DNA of 64,000 bases, from the NCBI GenBank assembly GCA_050575255.1, contig JBNZDD010013695.1, forward strand, positions 5,526,683 through 5,590,682, given 5' to 3'. The notes under the pieces were generated by a model. That model was not told the DNA's origin, ran no database searches, and saw only the letters and a list, made by a program, of their open reading frames with translations. Numbering within the stretch: the stretch's first letter is position 1; every line of letters begins with the position of its first letter. This DNA comes from Harriotta raleighana (taxonomy: Eukaryota). This document shows positions 38,201 through 50,460 of this stretch, piece after piece. A program made the position numbers and the translations under genes.

Positions 38201-39514
38201 ACTCAATACATTTGCATTCTTTATTTAAAGTTCCATATAAATAGAGGATTGATTCTTCATTGGTTATATTTAGGTCTAGGTGAGTGATTGGCCTAGCATG
38301 GCATTACTCACTGATAAGAAAAGCTTGTTCTATTTAATGATCATTCAAAGCATGGAAAATAAATGGCTTCTTGCAAAATTAATCCCTAAAAGTGATGTCT
38401 CCACTTTGCTTGCTTGAGTGTAATCCACAATCGAAGCAGTTTGGACTAAGTGTATTTAAAAAAAAGCACAGAAACTTATCTTCAACAGTACCAGCCAGAA
38501 ATTTCTGTTTCATAGATGATAACAAATAATAACCATATTCATTGCATTTTATTTTGTCCCTTTCACATCAAGAGGACATCTTAAAGTGCAAGATTTACTG
38601 TGAAGTGTAGTGACAAATATTAACAATAAAAAATGGTCATTCACTTCATAGCTGTTTGTAGGACTCTGCTGTCGCAATTGCCTGTATAGTTTCCTATAAA
38701 TTGTTGATTATTATATTTTAATGATTATTATATTTTACAATAAAATCCCAGGAAGCATTTTGAGGCATTTGCGAGATAACATCTATATCAAATACTAGGA
38801 TTATTATACTATGATCACCTATTACCCCTCCTATGAATTTGATCTTGAGGTCTTGTTCTTTGCCTTATCAAATTTAACAATTTACAGTATTTATTCTGTG
38901 AAGCGCTTTGAGACATCTAGAAGACGCGAAATGCGCTATATCAAATACAAGGATTATAATGGTGTGTTTCACTATCTGTTGATAATCCTGCTGTGAAACA
39001 TGCCCAATACTACATACAGAACTGTGGTGTGTATATAGCAGCAGCACATCACACCTCACTGCTCACTTGATTTCAACACCACTTTAGTCTGAGCAAAAGA
39101 ACGGCAAATGCTTGATAGACAATAACCTTATTAATTATTTCCAGTAAAATAAGATGTTTAATAAAGAAAACATTTATGTTTTTATAGCAATTTATAAAGT
39201 TATAATATCTTAAAGCGTTTTACCATCAATCTTGGTGGCTGTGATCGTAAGCAAATAATTTCTCCATTTTGATAAAGTGAGATGTCTCAAAGCGCTTCAC
39301 AGAATATACGGTAAAGCACCCCCTCCCCCCACCTCGGAGTCAGGCTCTGCCAGTGTTAAGCACTCTGAGACATTACCCGGCATGGAGAGCACTATATAAG
39401 GGCAAGTCGTTGTTGTATCTCCTCCCTCTTGGTGACATAATCCACAGGGAATGGGAACTATTTCCAAACGGCCTGGATAGTATTTACAGAAAAGAATCGT
39501 CGGGTATGGACAGG

Positions 39515-40430
39515 GCACAACAACGTTTCCAGAGCGCTTTTCACTTCGGGAGGACTTCCCAAGACGCTTAACAGTCAGGTCGGGACCTGAGCAAGGGAGA
39601 GGGGGCAGGGTAGGGGAGAGGGGAGGAAGAAAGTTAGGAAGGGAGGGAAAGAGTTGGGAGGGCAGCAGAAGGCACGATCAAAGAGGAGAGTCTTGATACC
39701 GGCCTTGAAGAAGGCAAGGGAGGGAGCAAAATGAAGAGACTGTGAGATGGAGTTCCAGATTGTGGGGCTAGAGAGGCTGAAAGCCTTTCTGCCAATGGTA
39801 GGACGGGTCGGGTGGGGGACATGGAACAGGCTGGAGCCCGCTGAGCAGACGGGGCAGGGAGGTTCATAGGGGGACAGAGGTCAGAGAGATGGATGGGGCA
39901 AGGCCAAGAATGACCTTGAAAGTAAGACGAGGATCTTGAATTTGGTTTTCTGGGGGATGGGGAACCAATGGAGCCAGGTGAGAGTGGGAGTGATGTGGTT
40001 ACGGAGCTTGGTGAGGGTGAGGATATGAGCTGCAGAGTTCTGGATGATCTGCAGCTTGTGAAGTGAATAACCATGAAGGCCGGTGAGGAGGGAGTTTCCA
40101 TAGTCGAGCTTTGATGTGATGAATGCATGGACTAGGGTTTTGGCAGCCTGAGAGGTGAGGCAGTGACAGAGTCTGGCGATGTTGTGAAGGTGGAGGAAGG
40201 CAGTACTGGTCATGGTGCGGAAGTGGAGGAGTAAGGACAGTTCAGTGTCGAATATGATGCCAGGTTCCTGACTGGCATTGAGAGGTGGAGAGTGCAGCCT
40301 TGGATGTTGATGCTATCAGTGTCTGAGGTGCGGAGGCACTGATGCAGCCAATCAGGAGGGCTTCAGTCTTGCGGACATTCAACTGGAGAAACTGGAATAA
40401 ACTCTGTGTCTCCACCATTGACTCCATGAC
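39515..40430 (-). mobile_element. L2 LINE 3' portion
   Basis: HNIARLCHCLTSQAAKTLVHAFITSKLDYGNSLLTGL...LQIIQNSAAHIL...HITPTLTWLHW. Confidence 0.92.
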
Positions 40431-40699
40431 AACTTATCTCTCCCTTCCCTCCCCCTACCTGTCCTCAGCTCGGGTCTGAAGCAGTAACTGTCAGGCACCT
40501 TGGGACGTCTTCTTGACAAGAAAGGCATTATACAAAAGTAATTTTGTTGTTGTTGTTTACCTGGCAGAATAGCTGATAGTCATCAAATCCTGGATAAAAG
40601 CTAACTTTCTACAGTTGGATCTCAAGAACAACAAAATTCCATTTGTATAGTGCCTTTCACGTCGGGAAGACATTCGAGACTCTCCTAATTGGTTCCCTT

Positions 40700-41690
40700 A
40701 GCACCTCCAATCCTCAAGCAATGACAGCATCACCATCCAAGGATGCACACTCCATCTCACCAACCCACTTTGGAAACTTGGTATCTGTTTGATGCTCAAT
40801 CATTCTTTCTAACCACGTCCATGTTATATCACGCTCTGCCTTCCCTTACCTCCGCAACATTGCCCGGCTTGTCTCCGCAACATTGTCCACTGTCTCACAG
40901 CGCACGCCATCAAATTCTTCATACACACATTCATTGTGAGTCCTGTGGTTCAGTGGTTAGACCACTCGTCCTGTAAGCGAGAGACCTGGATTCCCAACAG
41001 GGCGAAACCTTGGGCACATTTTCTTTCTCCACATGTCTGATAATAATCCCTTGAGAAAATAAAGTTGGTCACTCAAACCATGACTTTTTGTGGGATAGCC
41101 ACTGCTGTATTTCACCGACAAATATTAGTCAATTCACTATACAGTATATTCTGTGAAGGGCTTTGAGATGTCCAAAAGATGTGGAAAGCACTATATCAAA
41201 TACAAGGATTATTATTGTAACATCCAGGCTCGACTATGTAAACTCCCTATTTATTGGGCTCCCAACAACTCCCTCCATAGGCTGTAGATCAACCAGAACT
41301 CTGCAGCCCATGTCCTCTGTTGCACCAGGCTCTGCGACCCTATCACCCCATCCTCGCCCGACTCCATTGGCTTCTCATCACACAGTGGAAACAGTTCAAG
41401 ATCCTGGTCCTCACCCTTACCATCACCATACCTCTGCGACCTTCTAACAGCCCAATCTGCCCGTTCCCTCCGTTTAGCAAGCGTCACATTCCACCATTGG
41501 CAGGCCGGCCTGCAGTCACTCTGCCCCACCCTCTGGAACTCCATCCCACAGTCCTTCTGCTTCGCCCCTTACCTGCCTCATCCAAGGCCTGCCTCAAGAC
41601 CCTCTTCTATGACCGTGCCTTCAACCACTCTCATTCCTCCTTTCCCCCCCACCCTCCCTGATCCTGAAACCCCCACTTGGGTTCAAAACA
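40700..41690 (+). mobile_element. L2 3' fragment interrupted by a tRNA-headed SINE (~40936-41216)
   Basis: L2 sequence stops at ~40935 and resumes with VTSRLDYVNSL at ~41216. Confidence 0.75.
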
Positions 41691-42437
41691 TTGTATGTCC
41701 AGTGCCTTATGATATTGTCTCTGATCTTCTAGATGTACCTCTGGGCCACTTGGGTTGGCAGTGCTGAAGATATGTCTACAACACGCATTGCGTCCTGATT
41801 TACTGTGGAGATGCCTGGCCAGCTAATTCTGCATAAAATATACAGTCAATTCACTTTATCTTACGTTTTATAAAGCGCTTTGAGAGGTCTTGAAGACGTG
41901 TTAAGGTGCTATATCAAAAGTAAGGATGATTATTATTATTCCCAGGCAAAAGTTTCACCATTCCCCAGAGGATTTGTGCAACATGTAATTATTAATGACC
42001 TTGAAAAGATGAAAGGTTGAGAGAACCTATTGAGAGTATCACCATGAACATTCAACACATAGGGCTGAGGAATCCTTACCTTTGTACAAAGAGTGTTGTT
42101 GTTATCTGATCGCTGCATAGATACTGTATTCCCTGACAAGGTGTTGACTGCTAAAAGCAATCTAATGACTGGTTTATGTTAAAAGGGATGTAAATAGTGG
42201 CTTATTACTGTCACTGGAATCAGTCGGACACTGCTGTGCACAATTTGGCTGCCGAGTTTCGCCCACAAATTTACAGTCGGTTTTCCTGTTCTCCTTACCC
42301 CGACCCCTCCCCTTGCCCTCTTTCCCCCCTTTCTCCCCTGGCTCCACTTCCGTGACTGTATGTGGGACACTGCTGTGTGCAATTTGGCTGCCACGTTTCG
42401 CCCACAAATATACAGTCAATTTACGTACTCTCCTTCC

Positions 42438-42620
42438 TCCTACCCCGACCCCTCCCCTCCTGCTCTGGTCTCTACCTCTTTTCCCCCCCTTTCTTCTCTA
42501 TTTTCTTCTCCCTACCCTTATCCCTCCCCCTCTTGCTCTGGTCCCTACCTCTTTTCTCCTTCGTTCTTCCCTCTTTTCTTCTCCCTACCCCGACCCCTCC
42601 CCCCCTGCTCTGTCCCTACC
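42438..42620 (+). repeat. ~72-bp pyrimidine-rich minisatellite (~2.5 units) inside a SINE body
   Basis: Units begin near 42438, 42510 and 42583 (ccctaccc...cctgctctggtc.ctacctctttt); a partial unit lies at ~42292. Confidence 0.75.
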
Positions 42621-45304
42621 TTGGGATGTTGTTGTATTTTGTGAAGCACTTTGAGACGTCAATAAGATGTGGAAAGCGCTATATAAATGTAAGGATTATT
42701 ATTATTTATTCTTACTATTGTGCAAGCGTATTGTTTGGTTATGCATTTCATCAGGTCTGAAGATAGCAACAAATAACAGAAATGTCCCTGAAATTCGAGT
42801 TGTGCCATAAATTATAAGATTATGTGCACAGCTCGCCTCACTTTAATTAGTTTTAATCTCAGCCCGACCGCACATTGCCATCCAAGTTTTGACCCTGTGT
42901 GATGGAAGCGGACATATGGCAATATATAGCTTGTAAACAATTAATATGATGGTGAGTCTTATTGATGTCCTTAAAAATAGGCAGGAGAGACTGACCTTCT
43001 ACCCCACTGTCCTTTACACATTACACATTGTAACAGCATCTGCAAAAACCACCAATGTTAATGACAATGCCCTCCATTCACAACAATTAATCTCCCTCAG
43101 ACCATCGTGTTACTGAGTGACAGTTGTGTTTGCGATATCCTACAAGACCGTTTATTTCCCCTGACACTTGAATGTATGTGGCCAAAGTGACTGGCTTATG
43201 ATGCAAATAGGAGTAATGAGCCACATTTGTACAAGCACCAATATACATTTATTGTGATGTAGATACAAGAAAATGACATTTTAAAAGCTTACATTAAACC
43301 CTAAAGATTGAAATGCACAAAGATAACCGGTGACACAGAATAAATTTCCTTATCAGAGAAAAAAACCCAACTAGACTGTTTGTGAATTAGGTTACTGGAC
43401 ATCACATTTGTAAGACATTGTGTCCCCATATCTCTCTGCTATTGATCAGAGACGATGCTTATGGCCTGAAATTCTCCTGGTCTGAGCCTTAAGACCATTC
43501 TAATAAAACATATGATTATAATTGTCTTAAAAACGTAACATTGTGCAGAAGTTTAAACAATTTTTATATTCTTTATATATTATATTTTATATTTCTGTAA
43601 ATGTATTAAATATAAATATAGTACATAAATAATATTAAATATATATATTATATGGTTTATTTTATAGTTAATATATTCTGTAAAGCACTTTGAGACATCT
43701 CAATGACATGATAAAGCCCTGTATTAAATCCAAGGATTATTATTTGTAATTTGGAAGCTGTGTCAAATGAACTGCGGAAACTGTTGACCAAATTAAGGTT
43801 GAATTTGAGGATGAACTTATATTTTTCAAAACTGGCCTTAGGGCGAAGGGCATGAGACATTTCTCATCTTTGGTGCTCACTTGGAAGGAAGGATGGAAAA
43901 ATCAGGCCTATGTCCCACACTGAAAAATCATGTCGATATCCCCCTTGGCTAGTTATAAAAGGAGCACTGTGTAGCAGCAGACTGCATCTGACTGACGACT
44001 GTGTGACACAGGAAGACTGAAGAAAACAAGCAAGGACAGACATACATTGTAAAGATGGGATCTCACCCTCAATACAGTTTTTTTTTAAAATCAGGTTGTA
44101 AAATCAATCTTCCCTGATTCTATAAATGTCAAGTCAACAAAATGTCAATCTACAAAATATCAACACTGTACACCAAAAAGAGAATACTGTATTCAAATCA
44201 GATTTTAGCAAACTTTAATGGTATTCTTGGAAGCTAAACAGGAAATAAGATGTGTTTCGTAGTTACAATTCACTGTCAGACATTTACAGTAACACTGACC
44301 TGTAACCTTACAAAATGACTCACAATTACATGTTTTCAGACTGTAAGCCTTTCAGGTTTTGGTCGAGTTATGTTTCCCGCAAATGGTTCAAAGGTGAGTT
44401 ACATGACAGTAAGAGTAATGGCATGAATCGCATGGACAGTCGATCGATAAATTGCAAGTCTGTGTCCCACAGCCATTCATTCTCTCCCTTGTTGATTAGT
44501 TTTAGTCTCTCGCTAGCTGCATATTTCCATCAGCGTTTGACCCTTTATGATGGCAGTAGTTACAAGACTGTAATGAACATTAGCAGAGAATTACTTAATT
44601 TAATCTTTCCATTTTTGTGTGATATACATATGTTTAGTTACAGACCTCAGTTGCTTGAACATATAACAGCTGTAAGGACCACTAACAGCTAACAGCAGTT
44701 ACTCAGAACAAGATATGGCAAGCCCCCTTTTTTTATTTGATTTTTATTTCCCCTGTTTTTTTATTGCTTCTGCACGTGTTAGTTGCCACGTAGGCACTTG
44801 TAGTTGAAAGGTCAAGAGAGTTGTCTCAGTACATCAATGACAAGACATTACGGGCTGGCTGTGCTCATCTTACAAAAACTGCATATGTATCATTGTATGT
44901 TGTCTGTCAATTTTCGATCCTAAAAGTAGAAACTTAGCCGTTCCTAAAAGGGAACTGCCAAAATGGGGATGGGAAAGAATAGGAAGAAGCCATTTGGAGG
45001 GTTGGAGGTTCATGTGGGTAAAAAAAACTGACATGGATTAGTTGGGCCAAAAGGCTTAATTAAGTGCTGTCCAGTTTATGTAAATAAATGTAATTTTGTT
45101 GTTGTTATATATGCAGGAAGAGTGGTAGGTATGACAATACTACAATGAGCCAACTAACCAGATGTCAAACCAACCTGAAAGTAATTTTACGCAGTTCTTA
45201 AAAAGAACCGATTTCCAAATTAAAAATGCTAGATTTAGCAATTTTACACAATTCTGCGCAATCTTAATTTTTAAGAATGCTCTTACGAAATTAAATTTCA
45301 GGCC

Positions 45305-45560
45305 TCTGGTCTGTGCTGGGTTAGCAGATCTCAACAAAGGAAGTCAAAATGGCCCTTGGTAAGGGAGGATAAAATTAACCCCTTACTATTCTCTGGCTCT
45401 GAAATGATGGTATAATGAGGGTGAACCCTGGATGATAACAAAACAATTTGTGATTCTGTCCAATGTTAGATAGCTTGCCAACTACTCGCAGTCAAGGCTT
45501 CAAATTAATAACAGCCTTTGGCATCAGGGAAACAAGGATTGCCGTGAAACAATTATCCCA
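45305..45560 (+). mobile_element. Old SINE-like fragment of a different family (name uncertain); related piece at ~63190-63250 (-)
   Basis: ggtctgtgctgggttagcagatctca...agggagg and cctgctggaagtgcat...ggtgaggacaggatc resemble an ancient shark repeat; based on recall only. Confidence 0.35.
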
Positions 45561-45744
45561 GTGGAAGGAGATAATTGGAGGTTTCCAGGAGATCAATGGG
45601 AGAAAATTGGAGGGGAAAAACGTATGGGAACAGATCGAAAAAGTTCTCAACAGTAATAATAATACTAAGATATTATTATTGCATACTGAGAGTAGGTCTC
45701 AAAGCTTTCACAAGGTTTACCGTAAAGTGTAGGCAATCGCAGCA

Positions 45745-46030
45745 ACATCCCACAAACAGCAGTGACCAATTTTCCTGGGGATTGTTGTTAGCCGGGAAGC
45801 CGGGATAAACTATTTTGGAATAGCGCATGGGATCTTTAATAGCCATCTGGACAGGCAAATGGGATCTTGGCCTAACTTTCAAAGTGTGGCACATCCAACA
45901 ATATAGCAACCCCTCAGCACATCACTGGAGTGTCAGCTGAAAGTATTTGAGTTCAAAGTCCCAACCTGGGGCTTCAACCCACGGCCTCCTGATTGAGAGG
46001 TGAAGGGCTACCAACTGAACCAGGCAGGAG
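45745..46030 (-). mobile_element. Deu-domain SINE
   Basis: Reverse of ggttcagttggtagc...ctgacactccagtgatgtgctgagggg...aaagatcccatgcgctatt. Confidence 0.7.
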
Positions 46031-46811
46031 GCCATGTGAGTAATGAAATGGAAACCAAGGACTTGACCCTGGAACCATCTGGCAGGGAGACCAAAGTGAA
46101 CTTGTATCTCACAGGGAGATGAACCTGTTTTGTTTTGTCTAATCATTTGTGCATTTCATGTTATGAGCAATTTTCAGGTGATAAAAATATTCAAACATCT
46201 CTTATTAATAATTAAAAGGGTTGTCCAAGCCAAGTGGAGGTTAAGGATCATGCAGTTGTGGGGGTGAATGATATATGGACTCCTGGGCAGCAACACGAGT
46301 GCACAGCTGTTTGGCTCAGTGCGAAGTTTTAGCTTTAGCTGTAGATCAACCAGCAGAACAGTACAGTTAATTCCTTTTGACACACAAAGGGGAATATAAA
46401 TAGGATAACATGAACATTTTACTGTAATACTATAAATACTTTTTTTTAATTGGTCACTCAATCCCTTGGTTATTTCACTTCTGTGTGTGGGTCATCATTG
46501 TGTATAATTTGGCTGCCATGTTCATCCCACAAAATCCACAGTTAATGCAATATATTCTGTGAAGTGCCTTGAGACATCTCAAAGATGTGATAAAATGCCA
46601 TATCAAATGCAAGGATTAATATTATTACATTATTAAATAAAATGATCAGGAACAGCTCTGCGCTTTGTGTTGCTGCACTGTGTTTGTGAGTGTACTAAAA
46701 GTATCTCATGGAAGCCTAGGTGTATTGTCATAATGTGTTGTCAAATAACTGTGAAGAAGGGTTGGTGATCATGACCAGAAAATCCTAATCTAAACACATT
46801 TAGAAATGATA

Positions 46812-47115
46812 TAATAATAACAATCATCCTTGTATTTGCATATCTCAAAGGGCCTCACAGAATATACTGTAAAGTGAATTGGCTATTTTTTGTGGGTGAA
46901 ACGCAGCAACCAATTGCACACACGGCAACCAATCCCACAAACAGTCGCGGATTGAAATTACCAATTCTATTATTGTGGGTTTTTTTGGAGGGATTATTAT
47001 TAGGCATGTGGAGTAAGGAAACTTGCCCACGGTTTCGCCCTGACCTGCCTGGATTCGAATAGAGGTGTCACGCTTGTAAGGCAAGTGCTCTAACCACTGA
47101 GCTATAGGACTCCAC
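46812..47115 (-). mobile_element. tRNA-headed SINE (short form)
   Basis: Full-length reverse copy with A and B boxes. Confidence 0.88.
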
Positions 47116-47397
47116 ACTCCACACAAAATTCGCACACATTGTGCCGGGATTATCCCATCCCTTTTCTGCTGAATCAGTTATAAACACCCCCAGCTGCTAA
47201 AATCCAGCTATAAATGTAGTTTCAGGCCCACGATCGCTCGCTGGTTACCTGAAGTCACTGTGGACGGAGTCTCTGGATGTACATGCACAGTGCGACAGAA
47301 GCGGGAAATGGACTTCACTCGGAGTGAGTGTTTGTGTGGAGTGATTGTGATTGTGTATTTACAATCAGTGATTGCGTATTTATGTGATTTTGAGTAC

Positions 47398-47670
47398 CTG
47401 TGTGTCCATCTTTGTGTATCTCTCTGTGTGTGTGTGTATCTCTCTGTGTCTGTGTGTTTATCTGTGTATCTGTCTGTGTATCTGTTTGTGTCTCTCTGTG
47501 CCGTAAGGTACAATACAAGTGTAATTTTCTTGTTGTTGTCAGTGTGTATCTGTTTGTGTCTGTGTGTGCATCTGTGTGTGACTGTGTGTCTCTCCGTGTC
47601 TGTGAGTTTGTGGGTGTCCGTGTGAGTGAATCTCTGTATGTGTGTTTGTTTTTGAGTGTCTCTGTGTGTA
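47398..47670. repeat. Degenerate (TG/TC) simple repeat
   Basis: Direct inspection. Confidence 0.9.
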
Positions 47671-47828
47671 TCAGGTTTGTTAGACATGATTTGCCGTTAA
47701 CAAATCCATGTTGACTGTCCTTTATTAAACCATATTTTTCTAAGTGAAAATGTGTTTTGTTCCAGATTATAGTGTCTAGAAGTTTCACCACTACTAACGT
47801 TAGACTGACTAGCCTGTAGTTCCCAGGT
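47668..47828 (-). mobile_element. CR1 RT fragment
   Basis: PGNYRLVSLTLVVVKLLDTII...IKDSQHGFVNGKSCLTNLI. Confidence 0.9.
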
Positions 47829-48054
47829 TCCCACACAGCAATGAACCACAAACAGTTGTGGATAGAAATAACCAANTATCCTTCTGCTCCCTTTTGTACA
47901 GAGGAGTAACATTTGCTTTCATCTTGTCCACCGGTACCACCCGTGTCCAAGGAGGATTGATAGCTTGTGGCCAGAGCCTAACAAGCTCTGGGATTTACCT
48001 GGGATGCATCCCCTCCGGAACAGATGTCTATAAATACTGTAAATATACTGAATA

Positions 48055-48340
48055 TGAATATACTGTAAATTGAATTGACTACATATGTGTGTGAAACATG
48101 GCAGGCAATTGCACACAGCAATGAACCACAAACAGTTGTGGATAGAAATAACCAATATTTTNCCCACACAGCAATGAACCACAAACAGTTGTGGATAGAA
48201 ATAACCAATATTTTTTTTTAGGGAATATTATTAGGCATGTGGAGTAAGGAAGCTGCCCAAGGTTTTGTCCCGCCTGGAATTGAACCCAGGTCTCTCGCTT
48301 GTTAGGCAAGTGCTCTAACCACTGAGCTATAGGACTCCAC
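48055..48340 (-). mobile_element. tRNA-headed SINE
   Basis: A and B boxes on the minus strand; contains the N48162 duplication. Confidence 0.85.
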
Positions 48341-48377
48341 AATATGTCAAAAAAGAAGATAATGCTTCTACCTGAAT

Positions 48378-48600
48378 CACAGAATTATACAGCATAGAAG
48401 GAGGTCATTCGGCTGGTCATGTCTGTGCTGGCTCCTTGAAAAGAGTTGTCCAAATCAATCCCACTTCCCTGCTCTCTTCCCATACCCCTGCAAACCTGTC
48501 TTCCTCAAATAACTATCTATTTCTCTCTTAAAAGTTGTTATCAAATCAGCTTCCACCACCCTTTCAGGCAATTCCAGATCCGAACAACTCGCAGTGTGAA
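48378..48600 (-). mobile_element. CR1 3' end
   Basis: LPERVVEADLITTFKREIDSYL followed by a CR1 3' UTR. A similar piece lies at ~56778-56910. Confidence 0.85.
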
Positions 48601-49619
48601 AGGTGTTAAATAGCTCCCAAAGGTATTTAAATAAAACATTAAGTACAGCAATGAAGCATTGCAAACCACATATCCAACACCTTCAGTTGCATTGTAAGAA
48701 TGTTTAACAAAGGTTGCCAGTTGGACCAGGACTATAATGTGCCTTACATTATTTAATCTTCTATGTCTACACATATCCCTCAAAATGTCTGTTCCATTCC
48801 TAATGGTAAATTTCATGTCCTCTTGACGTGAAAGGTGCTACCCAAATGTAATTTTTGTTGTTGCTGTAGTAAATGGTATGTCAACCATGCATGTTACTCG
48901 GGATTAACACTGGTAAGTTTCATTAAACTTGCTCAGCTCAGATCTTCCCCAGCCCAGTCTCTACCCCCCACACAATACGGTCTGCTAAATGTTCAGCCCT
49001 TTTCTTTAAAAAAATTACATTGACGTAGAATTCTATTTTTCACTATCAGTATATTTCAGCAATAGTGAATTCCCTTAACTGCCTTAAATGGGTTAAATTC
49101 CATCAGGCTTTCCACAATCTAGTGCTCATTATTGGAATCATCCTTGTCGCTGACTTTCAACTTAGTGAGTGTAATTTTGTTGTTTTTGTTGTTTGTACAT
49201 CAATGTCCTTCAACGCAAGGAAAACAGCATACAATACCGTATAATATTTTAAATGCAGCCTTACCAGCGAGTTACACTGGTGAAGTGATTAAATGTCCCT
49301 GCTCCATCCCAGTATCTGATTAGTCTTCATGAGAAACTTAATTCTTTCAATGAATCATTAATTGTAGCTATATGTTGTTGAATAGGTTACAATCGGTATG
49401 CCTGGGTGACACAATATCACTGACAAAGTGCTTACCAGTCAACCCAATCTGTCCCCTGTGCTAGCCAGTAGAGGGAGTGCAACTCGGAAATGCAATATCC
49501 AGTTTCAGGGAAGGGAAAAACAGAAAAATTCAAATCCCATTTGATATAGCGCATTTCATGTCAGGAAGACATCTCAGAACAGTTAACAGAATCCTCTTGT
49601 TAAGTGGATTCTTTCAATG

Positions 49620-50165
49620 CTGGTGGTGTGGCTCTCATCTCCCAGTGCACCCTTGGCCTTTCCCCTTACTCCTCCGGAACTTTCCCTTCCTTTGCACACC
49701 GTACTCCCTACCATCCTTCCAGTCTCTCTCTCAAAATCCTCTTTGTCTATTGTGCCCCCAACCCCTCCCCCACTTTCCTTTCAGAAATCTCCACCCTCCT
49801 GTCTTCTCTCTCCCTTTGCTCTGATCACTTCCTCATCCTAAACAATTTCAATCTCCACTTCACTCTCTCCTAATCTACCTCCAGTGACTTTTCCTCCCTC
49901 CTCACCTCCCTTAATCTCTCCCTCCACATCCTCTCCACCATCCACCGAGAGGCAACATGATTGGTGTCTTTAAGTTTCTAAAGGGGCAAGACAACATAGA
50001 TCATGACCGACTGTTTCAACTTGTCCAGAATAGTACAACCAGAGGACACGACCTAAGATTGAAGTGGGGGTAAATTCAGAACACAACTATGCAAACACCA
50101 TTTCAGTGAGGGAATAGTAAACTGGTCGAACCCTAGGTAGATGGTTGAAGTAGGAAATATTAATT
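49620..50165 (+). mobile_element. L2 endonuclease fragment followed by a CR1 C-terminal fragment
   Basis: GGVALISQ...DHFLILNNFNLH, then ...TRGHDLRLK... (CR1). Confidence 0.7.
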
Positions 50166-50169
50166 CTTT

Positions 50170-50460
50170 AATAATAATAATCCTTGCATTTGATACAGAG
50201 CTTTTCACATCTTATCGATGTCCCAAAGAGCTTCACAGAATATATTGTAAAGCGAATTGACTATATATTTGTGGGTAGAACGCGGCAGCGAATTGCGCAC
50301 AGCAGTGTCCCATAAATAGTCATGGATTGAAATGACCAATTTTATTATTGTGTTTTTTTTGGAGGATTATTATTAGGCGTGTGGAGTAAGGAAACTTGCC
50401 CAAGGTTTCGCCCTGATCTGTCTGGATTTCTCACACTTGTAAGGCTACAGGAGCTCCACA
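50170..50460 (-). mobile_element. tRNA-headed SINE with A- and B-box deletions
   Basis: Compared with the copy at 17945-18258, it lacks caaacacagg and gagctctaaccact. Confidence 0.85.
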
